From Promethearchaeota archaeon (GTDB lineage Archaea; Asgardarchaeota; Lokiarchaeia; Sigyniarchaeales; SOKP01), in the NCBI GenBank assembly GCA_048937405.1, contig JBHLNF010000008.1, positions 116,725 through 180,724 on the forward strand: a DNA stretch of 64,000 bases, read 5' to 3'. A model generated the notes under the pieces. That model was not told the DNA's origin, did no database searches, and saw only the letters and a list, made by a program, of their open reading frames with translations. The position numbers and the translations under genes were made by a program. Position 1 is the stretch's first letter; each line of letters opens with the position of its first letter. This document shows, one piece after another, positions 58,847 to 64,000 of this stretch.

Positions 58847-59184
58847 AATTAATTTTTTTTATATACAAAAATCAATTGTTAAGAAAAGTATTACTTAAAA
58901 AGTTCAATTTGCTTTAGGAAAATCAAATTGAGAATAGATAAATTAATTATTACAAAAATTACTATATGTGCATTGAAGCTTTAAAGTTAGAAATCTACAA
59001 GTCTTAATTCTCATTAATTATGAAGAATTACCTTTAATCTTCTCAAAAAGGATTCGTATGACATTCATTTATATATACGAATAATTATGAATTCAAAAGA
59101 CGTAGAAGGATCTTTTTGATTTAATATATTCTGAAAATTAAGTAACATCAAAATTTTTAATTATTTGTAGGGATATTTATCAAT

Positions 59185-60153
59185 TTGAAAGCTAAACCTA
59201 TAATAAGAGATTTAGTTCCAGAAGATGCTAGGCAAATTGTCAATTTAATAAAAAAAGTTTATGGAAAGTTATACTTTGAAAGAGAATATTATAATATTGA
59301 ATTTATACATCATAAATTAAGAGAAAAGCATACATACTGGAAAGGAGCTTTTTTAAATGGAACATTAGTGGGACAGATGCTTTTTACTCTTAGTCATAAT
59401 ACAGGCTATATAAAAGTCACAATGGTCGATCCAGAATTTCGAGTACTGGGGATTATTACACAGATTGGTGTAGAAATGATGAAAATTGAAGAAATTATGA
59501 ATTCTCGAATTCTAAAATGTGTTTATGCAATTATTAATATGGGAAATGAGCCTATTGTCAAATTATTAGATAAATTCAATTTTAAATATTTGGGTCAAAT
59601 TCCTTTTCATGATAACAATAAAGGTTTGATAATTTTTGGTCGTATCTTTTATGATTTTTACTGGAAAATGATCAAACCAAATTTAAAACTTAGTCCTTTA
59701 ATTTATCATTCACTTCAAACAGCAGGGGTAAAAAGGATAATATCTGCTACAAATTTAAACAAAAACTCTAAAGTTATCAAAAATTTTGATATTGAAATTA
59801 CTAGGTCTGATAAAAATTATATTGGAATAAAAAAAATCCTAATTTATCTAAAAAATGGGAAAATAATCGCAGAAATTACCGAAAATCAATATCAAAAATG
59901 TTGGTATGATTTTAAATTCCATATAAATAATATCAATTTAACGAATAAAAAGAAAGTATTTGATCTGATATTGTTGGAGTATTTAAACAATAAAAAAGTA
60001 AATTCAGTCTCTTTTCCCATACCAGTTGATGATAAACTTAGTCAGAACGCACTTCTCAATTTAGGAGCAAAATACTACGCTTATCTTCCCTTTTATTACA
60101 GAGATTATGATTCAGTATTATTAGGATTTTCAAAAATTGAAAGAATGGTGTAA
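59185..60153 (+). CDS. GNAT-family acetyltransferase-like protein (tandem GNAT)
   Basis: IRDLVPEDA, LVGQM, MVDPEFRVLGI acetyl-CoA motif and F.YLG. Confidence 0.75.
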   Translation: MKAKPIIRDLVPEDARQIVNLIKKVYGKLYFEREYYNIEFIHHKLREKHTYWKGAFLNGTLVGQMLFTLSHNTGYIKVTMVDPEFRVLGIITQIGVEMMKIEEIMNSRILKCVYAIINMGNEPIVKLLDKFNFKYLGQIPFHDNNKGLIIFGRIFYDFYWKMIKPNLKLSPLIYHSLQTAGVKRIISATNLNKNSKVIKNFDIEITRSDKNYIGIKKILIYLKNGKIIAEITENQYQKCWYDFKFHINNINLTNKKKVFDLILLEYLNNKKVNSVSFPIPVDDKLSQNALLNLGAKYYAYLPFYYRDYDSVLLGFSKIERMV

Positions 60154-60233
60154 TAGATATCAAAGCTAAAATAATATACATTAAGTCCCTTCCATTAGAA
60201 TTAAGGTCCACAGAAGAATTCGCTTTAGAAGTA

Positions 60234-61685
60234 TTGAATGATTCAAAATATGACAATTACACCCATTATGTAAATAAAAATCAAATTCAAGAAGCCTTTA
60301 ATGAATTTGGGTTTAAATTAAATCCTTATAATTCCACGATTTATTCTAGTAGTTTATATGCCCCAAATATTGAAGGTCATTTTTTATCTGTAAATATCCC
60401 TGAGATCGAATCTATTATTATTAATAAAGCCATTACAGATAAAAATATCAATGAAATAATTGATAAATCAGAAGATATCACACATATTGGTTTAAGTGTT
60501 TATGCTCATAGATTAGATAATGCCATAAAAATAATTGAAATTATTAAAAATGATTATCCTGAAAAAGAACTGTTTATAGGTGGTACAGGTGTTATGTATA
60601 ACCAATTAAATAAACTTGTTCAAAAAAAAAACATTTGCTTTGGAAATGGAGTTGCTTGGTTAAGAAATAAATTTGGCTTGTCTCATTTGAATAAAGAAGA
60701 ATATAAAATTCCTACAATACTCATGGATACTCGAATATTACCTGTAAATATTAAAACAGCCTACATGGTAACTCAAATCGGTTGTCCATATAATTGTGAT
60801 TTCTGTATAACAGCCAAACAATTGAATTATTTTCCCTTTTCAAAGTCAAAAAGTATAATCGAAAGTTTAAAAAATTTATTAGAAATGGATCGAAGAGACA
60901 AATTTTTATATTTATGTGAACCTAATGCTTGTTTTCCTGAACGAGTTTGGAATAAGATCTTTGACTATTTTATTAATTATAAAGGTAGTTATGATAATTA
61001 TCTATATATTTTTTGTCTTATTTCATTAAATCACTTAAAAAAATTCAATCTTAAATTAATACAAGAAAAATGCAGAATCAAATTTATCCTTACGAATTTT
61101 GGTATTGAATCAACGCTTAAAGGGGGTTATGATAAAAATCACGGTATATCTAAGGATTTTGTGAATAATTTATCTGATCTGGGAATAATTACAAATCATA
61201 ATTTTATTCTTGGATTACCTCATCATACTCATAAAAATATTGATTTAGAAATAAAAAGAAATCTTGAGTATAATTCTAATATGTATTTTATTTCAACACT
61301 CAAACCATTACCTCCCACTTATTTATATGAACTCCTTAAACATGAGGGACGTCTTTTTGGAGATGATTTACCTGCTGAATTATTATATGAAGATGGTTTT
61401 TTTCCTTTTAGACATGAAGAACTCGGTGGAGGTTTCTCGGCACTTCATTATGCGTTTAAAGCATATCATGAAGTTGAAAAAAAAGTAATAGATGTCTATT
61501 CAAATATGGCAGAAACATTATCTAAATCCCCTATTGCTGATAGTTCTCCTTATTTAAAGAAAATAATAAAAATTCTGATGGAACTTAGTTATCACAATTT
61601 TAAATTGTTTGAACCTAGAATGTCAAAACCTTTTTCTAATATATACCGTGGAAAAATAAAAATGTTAACCAAGAGCATCCTATAA
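60234..61685 (+). CDS. B12-binding-type radical SAM protein
   Basis: IGLSV...IGG N-terminal cobalamin-binding-like region, GCPYNCDFC, FGIES, FILGLP and PLPPT.LY; the frame is open from 60141. Confidence 0.85.
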   Translation: MNDSKYDNYTHYVNKNQIQEAFNEFGFKLNPYNSTIYSSSLYAPNIEGHFLSVNIPEIESIIINKAITDKNINEIIDKSEDITHIGLSVYAHRLDNAIKIIEIIKNDYPEKELFIGGTGVMYNQLNKLVQKKNICFGNGVAWLRNKFGLSHLNKEEYKIPTILMDTRILPVNIKTAYMVTQIGCPYNCDFCITAKQLNYFPFSKSKSIIESLKNLLEMDRRDKFLYLCEPNACFPERVWNKIFDYFINYKGSYDNYLYIFCLISLNHLKKFNLKLIQEKCRIKFILTNFGIESTLKGGYDKNHGISKDFVNNLSDLGIITNHNFILGLPHHTHKNIDLEIKRNLEYNSNMYFISTLKPLPPTYLYELLKHEGRLFGDDLPAELLYEDGFFPFRHEELGGGFSALHYAFKAYHEVEKKVIDVYSNMAETLSKSPIADSSPYLKKIIKILMELSYHNFKLFEPRMSKPFSNIYRGKIKMLTKSIL

Positions 61686-61695
61686 ACTAATAGTT

Positions 61696-62760
61696 TCATT
61701 TTAAATGAATAAAATCTTTATTCAATTCAAATTTTAATTTTAATTCATTGAAAAGTGTATTCATGATTTTGTATTCTGTAGAAGATTCCTCAATAGTGAG
61801 TTGGAAAGATAACTGATTTTCATCAATATTTTTTATCCATCTCAATTTTTTAAATATCTCCAATACTTTTCCTTTAAATTCTCTGGGTGTTATCCATTTA
61901 TTTAAATCATCAAGTATTTCTTTTATTAGTGCCAAACCTTCTTCAACACTTTTAAAAGAGATTATGGGAGAGTTAGATTGATTAATTCTTAACCAGAAAT
62001 GTACATCATCCTCATCCTCTAAAATTTTATTAAAATTAGTGAAATAATTTGTATTATACTCAAGAAGTTGGGTTCTTTTTTTTAAAACAGGGGCACTTTC
62101 TCCAAATAAATCAGTTTTTTTAAAATCTATTCTAGTATAATTGTTAGAATAGGAGATTTTTTCAACTTTAATCCCTAAAAATCCTAAAATCCCTGCAATC
62201 CACTTAGAAAAATCATAATGCATCTCGGGGTAAATACCAAAATATTGAAAGATATATTTATTTCCACTACGTTCAATCATAACGTCTCTGGTTGTATTAT
62301 TACTTATCATAAAGTTCTTAAACCTATTCAACGTTAGAACAGCATCATCCTCTGCGATAACTTTACCGCCTGTGAAGAAATTCTTATACATCATAAAGAT
62401 ATTTAACATTTTATTTAGCTCAAATTTTTCATATTTGTTTATTTTGATAATAAATTCGTAATAAACTATCAGAGCTCTAAATGTAATTTTCTCATAAAAT
62501 TCCTTCATTTTACTATCAGCAGTAATCTCTAAATCCTCCAAATTTTTACCGTTCAAGAATAGATTCATAACTCTTTCTAATATTTTGGAAATGAATGAAG
62601 AATAAGATTTTAAATTATCATTAATTTCATTTCCTTTTTCTTTCTGTTGTTCTTTTTCATATTTTAAATACCTTTTAATCCAGTCATCAAGATATTCAGG
62701 TAAAGTAATGGATTTTCTTATTTTCTTCTTAGATAATCTTCTTGGTTTTGGAATTGACAT
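61696..62760 (-). CDS. hypothetical protein with N-terminal ribbon-helix-helix-like DNA-binding segment
   Basis: RKSITLPEYLDDWI...SYSSFISKIL. Confidence 0.6.
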   Translation of the reverse strand: MSIPKPRRLSKKKIRKSITLPEYLDDWIKRYLKYEKEQQKEKGNEINDNLKSYSSFISKILERVMNLFLNGKNLEDLEITADSKMKEFYEKITFRALIVYYEFIIKINKYEKFELNKMLNIFMMYKNFFTGGKVIAEDDAVLTLNRFKNFMISNNTTRDVMIERSGNKYIFQYFGIYPEMHYDFSKWIAGILGFLGIKVEKISYSNNYTRIDFKKTDLFGESAPVLKKRTQLLEYNTNYFTNFNKILEDEDDVHFWLRINQSNSPIISFKSVEEGLALIKEILDDLNKWITPREFKGKVLEIFKKLRWIKNIDENQLSFQLTIEESSTEYKIMNTLFNELKLKFELNKDFIHLK

Positions 62761-63090
62761 AACTACTTAATAAAATATAATTATTAAGAAATATATTCTA
62801 TATATTTAATCGATTTAATATTAATAAATAAATCGTGATGAGATTTAATTCCAAAATTGTATGATTATAGTTTTTTAAAATCAAACAGAATAGAAATCTA
62901 TACAGACAACAAAAGTGAGTATAGTATTTAGGAATGAGATCATTTGATATTATTGACTTATAAAAGTGATTGTTCTTGATAATTTAATACATTATCATCG
63001 ATTTATCATCCTTTTCTCTTGTATATTAGAAAAGTCTTACTCTCTGTCATTTTAATTTTTACGATATGTAGTATTATTAGTATATTTATA

Positions 63091-63291
63091 AGCCTCAATG
63101 AAATACGAATGAAAAGGAGAAGTCCCTGCCCACTTCCGCTCAATGTTATCCCTTTGCATTATCATAGTTAGCGGGGCAAATAACGATACTCGTATCGAGA
63201 GAAGCGATGGGAATAAATAAGAGAGGTAAAAGGAAAAACTATTCCCAAACATGAGGGGTGGACGGGATAGAGGCTATCGGACTGTAGCCAC
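63091..63291. ncRNA. candidate structured non-coding RNA or non-autonomous element of unknown family
   Basis: GC-rich island with several nested stems in AT-rich intergenic DNA; TTTATAAG at 63085. Confidence 0.4.
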
Positions 63292-63329
63292 AAATAATAT
63301 AGTTAACAGTATTATTTGAAATAAAATAA

Positions 63330-63613
63330 GTACAATTGTATTCATATTAATGGTCTGATATAATATAGTCTTTCAAATCATCAATAGGAATGAAAAAAAG
63401 TGGAAGTATTTTGTTAAAGACTTTGACATTCCTTTTTAGTTTAAAAAGATGGTTGAATTCGAAATCTTTTATAAAGATGATTTTAATGCGAAATATAATT
63501 TTGCTTATGCGGAGTTTCCTTCTGCTTATCTTTTAGATAAATCAGGATTTGAAATACTAACTCCTCAAGATGGAAAACATACATTAAAATCTATAGATGA
63601 GTATAAAAAATAG
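63330..63613 (+). pseudogene. decayed gene remnant
   Basis: One frame reads EKKWKYFVKDFDIPF*FKKMVEFEIFYKDDFNAKYNFAYAEFPSAYLLDK..., which looks protein-like but has an internal stop and no clear start. Confidence 0.35.
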
Positions 63614-64000
63614 ATCATCAAAAATTCTGGAAATACGATTTATAGATAAATTATTCTAGTTCTTCATTTTTAAATAATAAAAGAGCCAAATATTATTATA
63701 TTTCTTTTTAAATTGTTTTAAATATATATTAAGAATTTTTTGTTTTTGAGATTTTATAATAAAAGCCTGTCTTATTCTCGTAATGACTAATCATATGAGT
63801 TCCTTTTATGGGTTAATGAACAGTCTGCTTCTTTTAGAAATTGATATTATCAGTATCTAATAGAAACATTTAAATAATTGATATTATATTTTCTTTAATT
63901 GATATAATATTGAAATTAAATTAATTTAAAGTATTAATAAAATAGAAATAAAACAAATAAAAATGGAGAAAAATAAAATGGTTAATAAAAAAATTGCAGA

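Noticed and set aside
2072-61488. Short ORFs nested in or antisense to well-supported genes (e.g. 2072, 4041, 5242, 17388, 21778, 22628, 23072, 24089, 25370, 30568, 30681, 35537, 36442, 36937, 39177, 43020, 43359, 45395, 48167-50361, 52462, 58234, 60056, 61264)
   Set aside because: They overlap conserved genes and carry no motifs, so they are treated as shadow ORFs.
63052-63252. 66-aa minus-strand ORF
   Set aside because: It has no motif and is best explained as a chance ORF over the GC-rich structured element.
63110-63291. RNase P RNA or SRP RNA call
   Set aside because: There is only a loose P4-like 5' match, with no convincing P2/P3, conserved 3' P4 strand or SRP helix-8 motif; it is kept as an unassigned RNA.
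1-64000. CRISPR array, transposase, integrase or rRNA
   Set aside because: None was recognised; the GTTTCAA/TTGAAAC-like words are isolated, not regularly spaced repeats.

Overview
This is an AT-rich archaeal window. The gene content and style point to Asgard/Lokiarchaeia (inferred from the eukaryote-type SECIS, the LRR protein, the multi-PAS kinase and an IPGY-type sorting signal). Anaerobic energy metabolism dominates. There is a group 3c [NiFe(Se)] hydrogenase operon, vhuG-vhuA-vhuU-hdrC-hdrB, in which vhuU is an unannotated selenoprotein with an in-frame UGA and a downstream eukaryote-like SECIS. There are also two hdrCBA clusters (one with mvhD), a second oversized MvhG/VhuG, hypC/D/E/F, fwdA, mobA and purF. 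The most novel element is a compact System I cytochrome c maturation cluster (ccmC-D-E facing ccmF-A-B). It is flanked by three paralogous exported proteins that have no CxxCH but share a single-cysteine H-x(2-4)-C-H motif, and its CcmE ends at its Cys without the Tyr ligand. One of the three proteins is fused to a cytochrome-b-like membrane domain and precedes GlcD/GlcF-type dehydrogenase genes. Together these suggest a single-thioether haem-c extracellular electron-transfer system. Other oddities are a tRNA-Cys(GCA) with a long variable arm, a divergent Lrp/AsnC pair with near-identical Cys-rich C-termini and a recurring 13-15 bp palindrome, possible AUA start codons, an unassigned GC-rich structured RNA near 63.1-63.3 kb, and several pseudogene remnants.
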